The notes: generated by a model from the sequence alone, not told the origin. A stretch of 64,000 nucleotides of DNA from Clostridia bacterium (GCA_030526425.1 JAUNCT010000005.1:5930-69929); one strand, 5' to 3'; positions 37,785-47,269 are shown, counted from the stretch's first letter. Numbers and translations are program-made.

Positions 37785-38252
37785 ATGATGGAACACAGCG
37801 TATGGATGGAAACGCCCTTCGGAACGGTGACGCTGACGGAGACCGACGGGTTTTTGACGGGGCTTGACTTCGGCGCGCACGGTGTACCGGACGGTGCGGC
37901 GACGCCCCTGCTCACGGAGGCGATGCGTCAGCTCGGTGAATACTTTGCGGGGGAACGGAAGGCATTCGACCTGCCTCTGAAGCCTTCGGGTCCCGCATTC
38001 CGTATGCGCGTACTGGAGGCGCTGCAACAGGTGCCCTACGGTACGGCGGTCTCCTACGGGACCCTCGCGGCGATGGCGGGAAGCCCCGGTGCGGCGCGCG
38101 CGGTGGGGCAGGCGGTGCACAACAATCCCATTGCGATCGCGATCCCGTGCCACCGTGTTCTCGGTGCTTCCGGGAAGCTCACGGGCTTCGGCGGGGGCTT
38201 GCCGGCGAAGCGGTTTTTACTGGAGCTCGAAGGGATCCCCTACCGCGAATGA
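37785..38252 (+). CDS. ogt: Methylated-DNA--protein-cysteine methyltransferase
   Basis: VPYG, ARAVG, IPCHRV. Confidence 0.95.
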   Translation: MMEHSVWMETPFGTVTLTETDGFLTGLDFGAHGVPDGAATPLLTEAMRQLGEYFAGERKAFDLPLKPSGPAFRMRVLEALQQVPYGTAVSYGTLAAMAGSPGAARAVGQAVHNNPIAIAIPCHRVLGASGKLTGFGGGLPAKRFLLELEGIPYRE

Positions 38253-38366
38253 CGCAAATGCCGACAGTATATTTTATAGGCAAAAAGTATTAATGAATTA
38301 CCGGAAAGCTATTGCAAAAACATGCGAAAAAGCCGATAATGCTAATATATTTTTTCAAGAGAGGAT

Positions 38367-38957
38367 GTGGATGTTTTGCAGCTGTTGCAGGAAAGAATCC
38401 GTAAGGAGGGCAAGGTACTGCCCGGAAATATCATCAAGATCGATGGGTTCATGAACCATAGGGTAGACGTCCGTCTGATGCGTGATATCGCAAAAGAATT
38501 CGGGCGTCTGTTTGATGTGAAGGACGTCACGCTCGTGCTGACCGCGGAAGCAAGCGGTATCGCGCTGGCGACCATCTGCGCGGAAGAGTTCGGCGTACCC
38601 ATGGTTTTCGCCAAGAAGGCGAAGTCCGACAACATCGAGGGCGGTCTGTACCAGAGCAATATCTACTCCTATACTTATAAACGCAAGGTCACCCTGCTTT
38701 GCTCGCAGGATTGGATCCGGCCTTCCGATAAGGTCCTCATCATCGACGACTTCCTTGCCAACGGCGAAGCGCTCCGCGGTCTCGTGGAGATCGTCGAGCA
38801 GAGCGGCGCGACCCTCGTGGGTATGGGCGTTGCGGTCGAGAAGGGCTTCCAGGACGGCGGCCGCAAGCTCCGTGAGCGCGGCATCAACCTCAAGTCCCTG
38901 GCGATCATCGAATCCGCGGATGAGAACGGCATCGTCTTCCGCGAGGACGAAGAGTAA
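38367..38957 (+). CDS. xpt: Xanthine phosphoribosyltransferase
   Basis: IKIDGFMNHRVD, EASGI, IIDDFLANG, EKGFQ. Confidence 0.93.
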   Translation: MDVLQLLQERIRKEGKVLPGNIIKIDGFMNHRVDVRLMRDIAKEFGRLFDVKDVTLVLTAEASGIALATICAEEFGVPMVFAKKAKSDNIEGGLYQSNIYSYTYKRKVTLLCSQDWIRPSDKVLIIDDFLANGEALRGLVEIVEQSGATLVGMGVAVEKGFQDGGRKLRERGINLKSLAIIESADENGIVFREDEE

Positions 38958-39044
38958 GCACCGAACCGTGTCCGCCGGGGGCCTTGCCTCCGGAAGGACC
39001 GTATCATAAGAAACCAACCTTACGATAACCGGAGGAAATTCACA

Positions 39045-40025
39045 ATGGATACCAACAAGCGTCCCGAAACGATGGCGCGCATCAGCACGCCGGAACTCGC
39101 AAAGGCCTTCATCGCGGAGCAGGTCGAAGCCATCCGCGTACAGGTCGGCAACAAGAAGGTCCTGCTCGCGCTCAGCGGCGGCGTCGACTCTTCCGTCGTT
39201 GCGGCCCTGCTGATCAAGGCCATCGGCAAGCAGCTCGTCTGCGTCCATGTCAACCACGGTCTGCTGCGCAAGGGCGAACCCGAGCAGGTCGTCGAGGTCT
39301 TCCGCAACCAGATGGATGCGGAGCTCATCTACGTCGACGCGGTCGACCGCTTCCTCGACAAGCTCGCCGGTGTGACCGACCCCGAAACCAAGCGCAAGAT
39401 CATCGGCAAGGAGTTCATCGAAGTCTTTGCGGATGAAGCCCGCAAGCTCGAAGGCGTCGAGTTCCTCGCGCAGGGCACCATCTACCCCGATATCCTCGAG
39501 TCCCACGGCGTCAAGGCACACCACAACGTCGGCGGTCTCCCCGAAGACCTGAAGTTCGAGCTCGTCGAGCCCGTCAAGCTCCTCTACAAGGACGAAGTCC
39601 GCGTGGTCGGCAAGGAGCTCGGTCTCCCGGACAACATGGTCTTCCGTCAGCCCTTCCCGGGTCCGGGTCTCGGCGTCCGTTGCGTCGGCGCGATCACCCG
39701 CGACCGTCTCGAAGCCGTCCGTGAGTCCGACGCGATCCTCCGTGAGGAGTTCGCGAACGCGGGTCTCGAAGGCAAGGTTTGGCAGTATTTCACCGTCGTG
39801 CCCGATTTCCGCTCCACCGGCATCAAGAACGACAAGCGCACCTATGAGTGGCCCGTCGTCCTCCGTGCGGTCAACAGCATCGATGCGACCAGCGCAACCA
39901 TCGAAGAGATCCCTTACGCGCTGCTGAAGAAGATCACCGACCGCATCCTCGCGGAAGTCGCCGGTGTCAACCGCGTCCTCTACGACCTCAGCCCGAAGCC
40001 CGTCGCCACCATTGAGTGGGAGTGA
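39045..40025 (+). CDS. guaA: GMP synthase, ATP-pyrophosphatase + C-terminal domains only (no glutaminase domain)
   Basis: LSGGVDSS at about residue 44, QGTIYPD, HHNVGGLP, PFPGPGL, KPVATIEWE. Confidence 0.92.
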   Translation: MDTNKRPETMARISTPELAKAFIAEQVEAIRVQVGNKKVLLALSGGVDSSVVAALLIKAIGKQLVCVHVNHGLLRKGEPEQVVEVFRNQMDAELIYVDAVDRFLDKLAGVTDPETKRKIIGKEFIEVFADEARKLEGVEFLAQGTIYPDILESHGVKAHHNVGGLPEDLKFELVEPVKLLYKDEVRVVGKELGLPDNMVFRQPFPGPGLGVRCVGAITRDRLEAVRESDAILREEFANAGLEGKVWQYFTVVPDFRSTGIKNDKRTYEWPVVLRAVNSIDATSATIEEIPYALLKKITDRILAEVAGVNRVLYDLSPKPVATIEWE

Positions 40026-40043
40026 GTTTCGGATACATCATCG

Positions 40044-40081
40044 AAAAAGAGCAGGCATCCCCGGGATGCCTGCTCTTTTTT
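40044..40081. terminator. Bidirectional terminator after guaA
   Basis: AAAAAGAGCAGGCATCC-CCG-GGATGCCTGCTCTTTTT. Confidence 0.85.
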
Positions 40082-40126
40082 GTGTATGTACATGAAATCA
40101 AAACGGAAGGATTTTCTTTTGTTCTG

Positions 40127-40372
40127 TCAGTCCTCGTCGTCGATGGGGTAATCGTTCAACTCGGGGAAATCCAACAGTTCGCTCAAGGTCATTCCGAAAA
40201 CCACGGCGATTTTGTGCAGTGTTCGTACCTTGGGATTTTTACTCGTTCCGCGGATGATATTGTCGACCGTGGATTGTTTCAGCCCGGCGAGCGTAGCGAG
40301 CCGGTTGATGGTGATGCCTTCTTGCTTGCAAAGTTTTGTGATGCGCAAGGCAAATAATTCGGAATATTCCAT
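40127..40372 (-). CDS. Xre/Cro-C1 HTH transcriptional regulator
   Basis: ITINRLATLAGLKQSTVDNIIRGTSKNPKVRTLHKIA. Confidence 0.88.
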   Translation of the reverse strand: MEYSELFALRITKLCKQEGITINRLATLAGLKQSTVDNIIRGTSKNPKVRTLHKIAVVFGMTLSELLDFPELNDYPIDDED

Positions 40373-40392
40373 GCAAGCCCCTTGTGATGTCA

Positions 40393-40520
40393 TTACCTTT
40401 GTGAGGTTAGAAAAATGATATCAAAAGCGAACCCCGGAAATTACCTTTGCATAGTTGACTTTGAACGAAAGAATGCATAAAATAACACGGTTATCACCTT
40501 TGCAAAGGTGATAACCGTGT
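40393..40520. promoter_or_regulatory. Three related palindromic operator/res-like sites and a promoter between xre and the recombinase gene
   Basis: TTACCTTTGTGAGGTTAG (40393), TTACCTTTGCATAGTTGA (40441), perfect 36-bp palindrome 40485-40520; TTGACT-17-TAAAAT at 40455-40483. Confidence 0.75.
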
Positions 40521-40572
40521 ACCGTTGTCTGCTGTATGATGGACAAGAAACCGATGATACAGGAGGACAACA

Positions 40573-41220
40573 ATGGAACGATACGCCTATATCAGGGTTT
40601 CCAGCAAAGATCAAAGCATCCGGCGGCAGCGTGCCGCATTGGAACCCTATCGCATCCCCGAAAAGAACATCTTTTGCGACCATCAGTCGGGGAAAGACTT
40701 CGACCGTCCGCAATACCGGAAGCTGGTGGAACGGCTTCAACAAGGAGACCTGCTGATCGTCAAAAGCATCGACCGGTTGGGACGAAATTACAATGACATC
40801 TTGAGTCAATGGCAACATATCACCAAGGAACTCGGCGCGGATATCCTGGTGCTCGATATGGAACTTCTCGATACGCGGAAGAAGGCGGGCAATTTGACGG
40901 GTACCCTGATCGCAGACCTCGTTTTGCAGATTTTCGCGTATGTTGCGCAAACGGAACGGGAACTGATCCGACAACGTCAGGCGGAAGGCATTGCCGCTGC
41001 GAAGCGCACCGGCAAAAAATTCGGTCGGCCGCAGTACGCATTGCCACCGGATTTTCCGAAGGTATGCGAAATATGTTATCGCGGAGAGCTTTCCACACGC
41101 GTGGCGGCGGAGATGCTCGGTATGACACATTCGACGTTTTATCGGCATTACAGAAAAGAAACAGAAAAACTTGTTTCAAAAGGTAGACAATTCGGTACAC
41201 AGGCAAAGGACATGGGATGA
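40573..41220 (+). CDS. Small serine recombinase (resolvase/invertase)
   Basis: YAYIRVSSKDQ, SGKDFDRP, SIDRLGR, ERELIRQRQAEGI, C-terminal HTH. Confidence 0.93.
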   Translation: MERYAYIRVSSKDQSIRRQRAALEPYRIPEKNIFCDHQSGKDFDRPQYRKLVERLQQGDLLIVKSIDRLGRNYNDILSQWQHITKELGADILVLDMELLDTRKKAGNLTGTLIADLVLQIFAYVAQTERELIRQRQAEGIAAAKRTGKKFGRPQYALPPDFPKVCEICYRGELSTRVAAEMLGMTHSTFYRHYRKETEKLVSKGRQFGTQAKDMG

Positions 41221-41336
41221 GGAAAAAAGAACTCATTTCATGTTCTTTTGTATTTTGATTTGATTCAATCCGATTGTATCACGGGTGTTTAATTAAGTCT
41301 GCTTTCCGAAACAAAATCTTGAATGGAGGCGGTATT

Positions 41337-42509
41337 TTGCCAATACAGCAAGTCATCAAATACGAGGGCGACAACAGCACCTTCGTATGGAAACATCCCG
41401 CGGAAGATTTCAATACGAATTCGCAGCTTATCGTTCACGAATCTCAGGAAGCGATCTTCTTTTTGAATGGGCAACCGAGGGACCTCTTCGGTTCCGGCAA
41501 GTATACGTTGGAAACGGCGAATATCCCATTGCTGCGGCGCTTCATCAATATCCCCACAGGCGGAGTCTCCGCATTTCATTGTGAAGTCTATTTCATCAAC
41601 AAAACCGAACAGATGGCGATTCCCTGGGGAACGGACAGTAAGGTGCAGTATATGGACCCGGTATACGGGTTCCCGCTTTCGGTCGGTGCCGGCGGCGAAA
41701 TGAGCCTGCGTGTTGCGGATTCTCAAAAGTTGCTGATCAAACTGGTCGGTACGGAAAGCGTGTTGTCGCGGGAAAGACTGTTTTCGTATTTCCGGGCGGT
41801 GCTGATGTCCCGGGTGAAAACATATATCGCGCAGACTATGAAGACCGGGGAGATCGGCATCTTCGAGGTCGATGAACGGTTGGATGAATTTTCCGAAGCG
41901 TTGAAGGAAAAGCTGTTGCCGGATTTCGCGGAATACGGCATTGCACTCGAACGTTTTTTCGTAACACGCATCGTAAAACCCGAGGGGGATGTGCAATATG
42001 AAAAATTCAGAGATTTGCATTTCCGGAAATATGCGGATATTGCAGAGGCGAAGTTGCGGCAGCAGGTCGGCGTGATCGATCAGCAGACATTAGCGCAGCG
42101 GATGGTCATCGAATCCGAAGGAATGGCGCAGAAGCGGAAGATCGAGGGCTATACCTATCAGCAAGAACGCGGTTTCGATGTTGCGGAGCGTTTGGCACAG
42201 AACGAAGGCGCGGGAAACTTCAGCAGTGCCGGAATCGGTCTCGGGATGATGGCAGGTGTCGGCGGCGCGGTCGGTTCGTCCATTGGAGGAATCTTCAAAG
42301 ATGCTTTTTCCGGTGTACAACCGATGGATACGGAGCAAACAGCAGATGCGTTTTGTGAGGAATGCGGCGCAAAACTGATTGCGGGGATGGCATTTTGCGA
42401 CAGTTGCGGTCATCCGGTCCCGGGACCCGCACGTTGCGGTAACTGCGGATACGTATTCGAACGACCGGGCAAGTTCTGCCCGAAATGCGGAACGAAGCGG
42501 GAGGGATGA
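41337..42509 (+). CDS. SPFH (Band-7-like) domain protein with C-terminal double zinc ribbon
   Basis: WKHP.EDFN..SQLIVHESQEAIF...G.YTL.T.NIP; GIGLGMMAG; FCEECG, FCDSCG, CGNCG, FCPKCG; TTG start after GGAGG. Confidence 0.88.
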   Translation: MPIQQVIKYEGDNSTFVWKHPAEDFNTNSQLIVHESQEAIFFLNGQPRDLFGSGKYTLETANIPLLRRFINIPTGGVSAFHCEVYFINKTEQMAIPWGTDSKVQYMDPVYGFPLSVGAGGEMSLRVADSQKLLIKLVGTESVLSRERLFSYFRAVLMSRVKTYIAQTMKTGEIGIFEVDERLDEFSEALKEKLLPDFAEYGIALERFFVTRIVKPEGDVQYEKFRDLHFRKYADIAEAKLRQQVGVIDQQTLAQRMVIESEGMAQKRKIEGYTYQQERGFDVAERLAQNEGAGNFSSAGIGLGMMAGVGGAVGSSIGGIFKDAFSGVQPMDTEQTADAFCEECGAKLIAGMAFCDSCGHPVPGPARCGNCGYVFERPGKFCPKCGTKREG

Positions 42510-42934
42510 ACATGTGCGGTTGCGATAAAAAGACGGTCGCTTTATGGTCGGTGGCGTTTGCGTTTTCGGTATTTCTTGCGCTGATCGTACCGCAACATTA
42601 CACGTGCGCGGTGTATGTGTCACTCGCCTTCGATATTTTTGCATTTGCGTCTGTTACGGTGTTGAAGGGAAAACTGTTTGGAACCGTGGATAAGAAAAAG
42701 ACGCCGGGATACGATATGCCCGTTGCGGTATTGTTCATAGTATATCCACTGCTTCAAACCGTTTTATGCGTTGCCGTAGGCTTGGCGTCGGAAACGATTT
42801 CGTTGAAGCTCACCTTGGTTTTGAACGTTGTATTGGCTGCGGTGATGTGGTTTTCGATGTTGGCAGCAGGCATGGCAAAGGATCGGGCGCAACACGTGGA
42901 TGTGAGACAAAAAGATCATCATACCGAATTGTGA
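42506..42934 (+). CDS. Four-TM membrane protein
   Basis: ATGA overlap with the SPFH gene; four hydrophobic segments. Confidence 0.75.
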   Translation: MNMCGCDKKTVALWSVAFAFSVFLALIVPQHYTCAVYVSLAFDIFAFASVTVLKGKLFGTVDKKKTPGYDMPVAVLFIVYPLLQTVLCVAVGLASETISLKLTLVLNVVLAAVMWFSMLAAGMAKDRAQHVDVRQKDHHTEL

Positions 42935-42956
42935 AAACCGGAGAAAGGAAAACAAA

Positions 42957-44222
42957 ATGAAACAACTGACTTGTGAAATGTGCGGCGGCACGGACCTGGT
43001 GAAAGACGGCGGTGTGTTCGTCTGTCAAACCTGCGGAACGAAATACTCCATCGAAGAAGCAAAGAAGATGATGATCGAGGGAAGTGTGGACGTATCCGGG
43101 TCGACTGTAAAGGTCGACAACACCGGTTCCATTGAAAACTATTACAAGATGGCTGAGAGCGCATACGAATCGAGCAATCAGAAAGAAGCCGAAAGCTATT
43201 GCAATAAAATCATCGAAATCGATCCGCAAAATTACAAGGCCTGGTTTTTAAAGGGAAAAGCCGCAGGATGGCAGAGCACGCTTGCCAATATCAGAATCGA
43301 GGAGTCGGTAAACTGTTTCACGAAAGCTGTTGATAATGCACCCGAGGAGAAAGTCGAAGAGATTAAGAAAGATGCATCAAAGGAAATCGAAAACCTTTCC
43401 GGTGCGCTCATGACTCTTTGCTGTAATAACTTTGCGAAATATGCATCTAAAGAAAATGTCAGTTCCATTTTGAGCAACCTCGTACTCACACAGTTATATA
43501 GTATGGTACTACTTTCGAAATGCGGTGTTTCCGCTGATGGGTTCAAGAAAGATATTGCAATAAAAATCAGCAATGCAGCGATGAGCGCATGGAACAACAA
43601 GATTGTTTCGGATTACTTTGGGTCAGATGGACACTCTTCTAAGTATGCGTGGGAACGTTTCATTCAGCAAGGTGACTACGTTTTAAATTTACTTCAGGTT
43701 GCTATCAATTTATGCGATGACGATGCGTCCGCAGATGTTGTGCGCTATAAGAATATGATCAAGGTACAGCAGCGGTTGATTGATTCTTGGTCATTTACGT
43801 ACTCTAATGGAGGATGGGTATTAGATTGCACATTAACTGATGAAGCAAAAAAATTAAGAACAGATAAGATCATGGAATGGCATCAAAAAATCAAAGAAAT
43901 TGATCCTTCCTACGAGCTCCCGCAACGTCCGGAACCTTACCGTCCAAATGGCGGATGTTATGTGGCAACGGCTGTTTACGGATCTTATGATTGCCCGGAG
44001 GTGTGGACTTTGCGCAGATTCCGCGACTATGATCTGGCGGAAACCCGGCATGGTCGCGCATTTATTCGAACTTATTACGCAATCAGTCCCACGCTGGTCC
44101 GGTGGTTCGGTCACACGGAATGGTTCAAGAAAATGTGGAGAGGGAAACTCGACCGTATGGTTGAGAGGCTCCGGGAAAAAGGGTATGAGTCGACTCCGTA
44201 CGAGGATCGTGATTGGAAATAA
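42957..44222 (+). CDS. TFIIB-type Zn-finger + TPR + CFI-box-CTERM domain protein
   Basis: CEMCG...CQTCGT; TPR YCNKIIEIDPQNYKAWFLKG; C-terminal GGCYVATAVYGSYDCPEVWTLRRFRD. Confidence 0.85.
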   Translation: MKQLTCEMCGGTDLVKDGGVFVCQTCGTKYSIEEAKKMMIEGSVDVSGSTVKVDNTGSIENYYKMAESAYESSNQKEAESYCNKIIEIDPQNYKAWFLKGKAAGWQSTLANIRIEESVNCFTKAVDNAPEEKVEEIKKDASKEIENLSGALMTLCCNNFAKYASKENVSSILSNLVLTQLYSMVLLSKCGVSADGFKKDIAIKISNAAMSAWNNKIVSDYFGSDGHSSKYAWERFIQQGDYVLNLLQVAINLCDDDASADVVRYKNMIKVQQRLIDSWSFTYSNGGWVLDCTLTDEAKKLRTDKIMEWHQKIKEIDPSYELPQRPEPYRPNGGCYVATAVYGSYDCPEVWTLRRFRDYDLAETRHGRAFIRTYYAISPTLVRWFGHTEWFKKMWRGKLDRMVERLREKGYESTPYEDRDWK

Positions 44223-44241
44223 GAAGAACAAACAACGCATC

Positions 44242-44273
44242 AGATGCCCCGGGAAAAATCCCGGGGCATCTTT
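44242..44273 (+). terminator. Intrinsic terminator-like hairpin
   Basis: AGATGCCCCGGGA-AAAA-TCCCGGGGCATCT-TT. Confidence 0.65.
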
Positions 44274-44287
44274 AAAAGGAACGGAAA

Positions 44288-44911
44288 ATGGGAAAGAAAT
44301 ATACAAACGAGAATTTTTTGCACAACTGCGGATCGGGAAAAGTTGCGATAAAAGATCATATCAAAGCAATCACCGAGATGAAGTTTCAGAATCAACAAGT
44401 AATAGATTTGCTTGATTTTTACTTGTTTCATGCGCCTATATTGAAATCAAATAAAAATGACGATGGATTTGGTTTGAAGTCGATGAAAGATTATGGATGG
44501 GTTGGGAATTCGGAGACCAATAAGCTGGAAGGGCGACTTTTACGCGCATCCGGAATTGGCGTTTTCTGTTTTGTTAAAGCAGATTCCATATCCTAAACGC
44601 TCGAAATAATAGATTTGGCGGAGAAAATCTGTATCTATCCCCCGAGAACTGTGATGAAACAGAATTGCAATTGCTCGATTCGAGAAGATGGTTCGATCGT
44701 TATCAGCCAACAAGAAACGAGAATGGAATGTCTGTTTAGGCATATTAGGAATTCTATTGCACATAATCATACATACCTGTTTGAAAACGATTTCATAATG
44801 CTGGAGGACAATGATGATTCGGGCAGAATAACAGCAAGAATATTGATGGCCAAGCAATCGTTACTTGAATGGATGAACATTATAAGGAAAAGTGATTCTC
44901 CTCATCCATAA
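44288..44911 (+). pseudogene. HEPN-like RNase gene interrupted by an in-frame TAA
   Basis: ORFs 44288-44596 and 44615-44911 share a frame, split only by TAA 44594-44596; RHIRNSIAH (Rx4H) motif in the distal part. Confidence 0.65.
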
Positions 44912-45166
44912 CAAGGTTTGCAACATGGACTATTCGTTATTCTGATGATGGTCTTCGGTGCAAAATTTTCAAAGCCAGCAGTCATTATTCTCAACTGACG
45001 ATTTCCAGCCGAATTACTTAAGCAATATGTTCCGCCTCTCTTTCCCGTTTCGCATGACACATCCCGGTTTTTATGTTATGATATCATAAAGGAATATACG
45101 CATTTTGCACATATGCGTTTTGTATGATGCGGGATGCGTGCAACGAGAAAGGGAAATAAGGAACGG

Positions 45167-46639
45167 ATGGAAACCAAGAAGAACACCTTTGCCGGCGGGG
45201 TCGGCTTTATTCTCGCGGCGGCGGGCAGTGCCGTCGGTTTGGGAAACCTGTGGGCTTTCCCCTACAAAACTTCGCAAAACGGTGGCGCGGCGTTCGTGCT
45301 GCTGTACATCATCAGCGTGCTGGTGCTGGGCTTTGTGACGATGGTCTGCGAGATCTTCATCGGCAGACGCGCGCAGGCGAATGCGGTTTCGGCATATAAA
45401 AAAGTCAACAAGAACCTCGGCTGGTGCGGCTTCTTGGCGGTCATGCTGCCGGTGTTCATCATCTGCTACTATTCGATCCTCGGCGGTTGGACGCTGAAGT
45501 ACGCCACGCATTCCTTTTGGGGCAATGCGGGCATGCTCGAAAGCTTTTCCGTCAACACGCCCGAGGTGGCGCTGTTCACGGGTGTGTTCCTGCTGTTCAG
45601 CGCGTTCATCATCATGGGCGGCGTGAAGAACGGCATCGAAAAGATGTCCAAGATCCTCATGCCCATTTTGTTCTTGCTGATCGTCGGCATCGCTGGGTAT
45701 TCGCTCACCCTCGGTGAGGGCGTGCGCGATGGTCTGCGCTTCTTCCTGCAGCCGGATTTCTCGACCATCGGTCCGAAACAGATCCTCGTGGCGATGGCGC
45801 AGGCGTTCTACTCCCTGTCCCTCGGCATGGGTATCATGCTTTCTTACGGCTCCTACACGGGCACGCATATCGATGTGAAGAAGTCCTGCATGATGATCTG
45901 CTTCTTCGACACGCTCGTGGCGTTGCTGGCGGGTCTTGCGATCTTCCCCGCGGTCGCGCATTTCGATCCGAACCTGCTCGGCAGCAGCAAGGGCATCGCA
46001 CTGGTGTTCATCATCCTGCCGGATGTGTTCGCTTCCCTCGGCACGGTCGGCAAGATCGTTTCCTTCCTGTTCTTTGCGATGGTCTGTATCGCGGCGGTCA
46101 CTTCGGTCGTTTCGCTGGTCGAGGTCGTCACGCAGTTCATCATTCAGAAATTCAAGGTTTCCCGCAAGTTCTCCGGGCTCGGCGTGGTGACCTTCTGCTT
46201 CCTGGTATCCATTCCGATCGCGTGGTCGCTCGGTCATGTGGCGATCAACGGCGAAATGGAGCACGCGTTCTTCGGCATGGACCTGCTGACCTTCTTCGAT
46301 GAGGTCACGAACACCTTGCTCATGCCCATGGGAGCGCTGCTCGCCTGCATCACCGTCGGTTGGATCATCAAACCCGAAAACGCGCTCCGCGAGCTGGAGG
46401 CGTCCGGTTCGAAAATGGGCGGCGCGGTCCTGCAGCGGGTGTTCTGCTTCATGGTGCGTTTTGTGACCCCGGTGCTGATCCTGTTCGTGGAGCTCAGCGG
46501 CATCAAGGGCGAGCTGGATGCGGGGCAGCACGCCGTCGTGATCACGGCGTTGGCATTTCTCGCGGTGTGCATCGGCGCTTACTTTATGTTTCTCCGCAAT
46601 ACGAACACGGGCACGAATGCAGACGAAAAGCTGCTGTGA
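45167..46639 (+). CDS. Sodium:neurotransmitter symporter (SNF) family transporter
   Basis: AAGSAVGLGNLWAFPY, NGGAAF, QAFYSLSLG. Confidence 0.93.
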   Translation: METKKNTFAGGVGFILAAAGSAVGLGNLWAFPYKTSQNGGAAFVLLYIISVLVLGFVTMVCEIFIGRRAQANAVSAYKKVNKNLGWCGFLAVMLPVFIICYYSILGGWTLKYATHSFWGNAGMLESFSVNTPEVALFTGVFLLFSAFIIMGGVKNGIEKMSKILMPILFLLIVGIAGYSLTLGEGVRDGLRFFLQPDFSTIGPKQILVAMAQAFYSLSLGMGIMLSYGSYTGTHIDVKKSCMMICFFDTLVALLAGLAIFPAVAHFDPNLLGSSKGIALVFIILPDVFASLGTVGKIVSFLFFAMVCIAAVTSVVSLVEVVTQFIIQKFKVSRKFSGLGVVTFCFLVSIPIAWSLGHVAINGEMEHAFFGMDLLTFFDEVTNTLLMPMGALLACITVGWIIKPENALRELEASGSKMGGAVLQRVFCFMVRFVTPVLILFVELSGIKGELDAGQHAVVITALAFLAVCIGAYFMFLRNTNTGTNADEKLL

Positions 46640-46831
46640 TCCGGTATTCAAACGATACGTTCGGCGGGCATCCTATGGGTGCCCGCCGTTTGTCGTTCAC
46701 GGACATCGGCGAGTTCACGGTTGACTAATTAACGATAGTTAGATTATAATATGCGGAAACGACGATTCGGGGGCAGACCCCCGGGAGGAAGGGACCGGCG
46801 GGAACGCTTGCCGGAAAACCGAATAGAAAGC

Positions 46832-47269
46832 ATGAAAACAGCATTGGTCTATGCATCCGTACATCACGGAAATACGAAGAAACTGGCGGAAAGGATCGCC
46901 GCGGAATGCGGGGTGGAGCTCGTCGACGCGGTGATGTCGCCGCACGCGGACCTTTCGGGGTACGACAAGATCGGCTTCGCGTCGGGCTCGTATTTCAACA
47001 AAATGCACCAAACCGTTTTGCGGGCGATCGAAGAGGACCTGCCCGAGGGGAAGGACGTATTCTTGATCTGTACCTACGGCAGCCGCGGGGCGTTCGGCTC
47101 GGCGGAGTCGTTGCTTGCGGCAAAGCGCGCGTGCATCGTCGGTACATTCGGTTGCCGCGGCTTCGACACCTACGGTCCGTTCAAGCTCATCGGCGGTATC
47201 GCGAAGGGTCATCCGGACGAGCGGGACCTTGCTGCCGCAGTCGCGTTCGTGCGGGGCATCATCGGATAA
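46832..47269 (+). CDS. Flavodoxin family protein
   Basis: YASVHHGNTKKLA, GFASGSY, CRGFDTYGPFKLIGGIAKGHP. Confidence 0.88.
   Translation: MKTALVYASVHHGNTKKLAERIAAECGVELVDAVMSPHADLSGYDKIGFASGSYFNKMHQTVLRAIEEDLPEGKDVFLICTYGSRGAFGSAESLLAAKRACIVGTFGCRGFDTYGPFKLIGGIAKGHPDERDLAAAVAFVRGIIG

Larger units (their letters stand above)
40082..45060. mobile_element. Lower-GC accessory islet downstream of guaA (Xre, serine recombinase, SPFH, TPR, HEPN-like)
   Basis: Visible AT enrichment, strongest at 43400-45000; recombinase gene present; boundaries approximate, no att repeat found. Confidence 0.55.

Noticed and set aside
38253-39044. Purine riboswitch before xpt or guaA
   Set aside because: No TATAAT...GG...GTTTCTACC...CCGTAAA-type aptamer found; only a generic hairpin between xpt and guaA.
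44594-44596. Selenocysteine or pyrrolysine recoding of the internal stop
   Set aside because: The codon is TAA, not TGA or TAG, and no SECIS-like hairpin follows.
40005-45100. attL/attR duplication of the guaA 3' end or of tRNA ends
   Set aside because: No second copy of ATTGAGTGGGAGTGA or of the tRNA 3' ends seen by eye, and no tyrosine integrase, so islet boundaries remain unproven.
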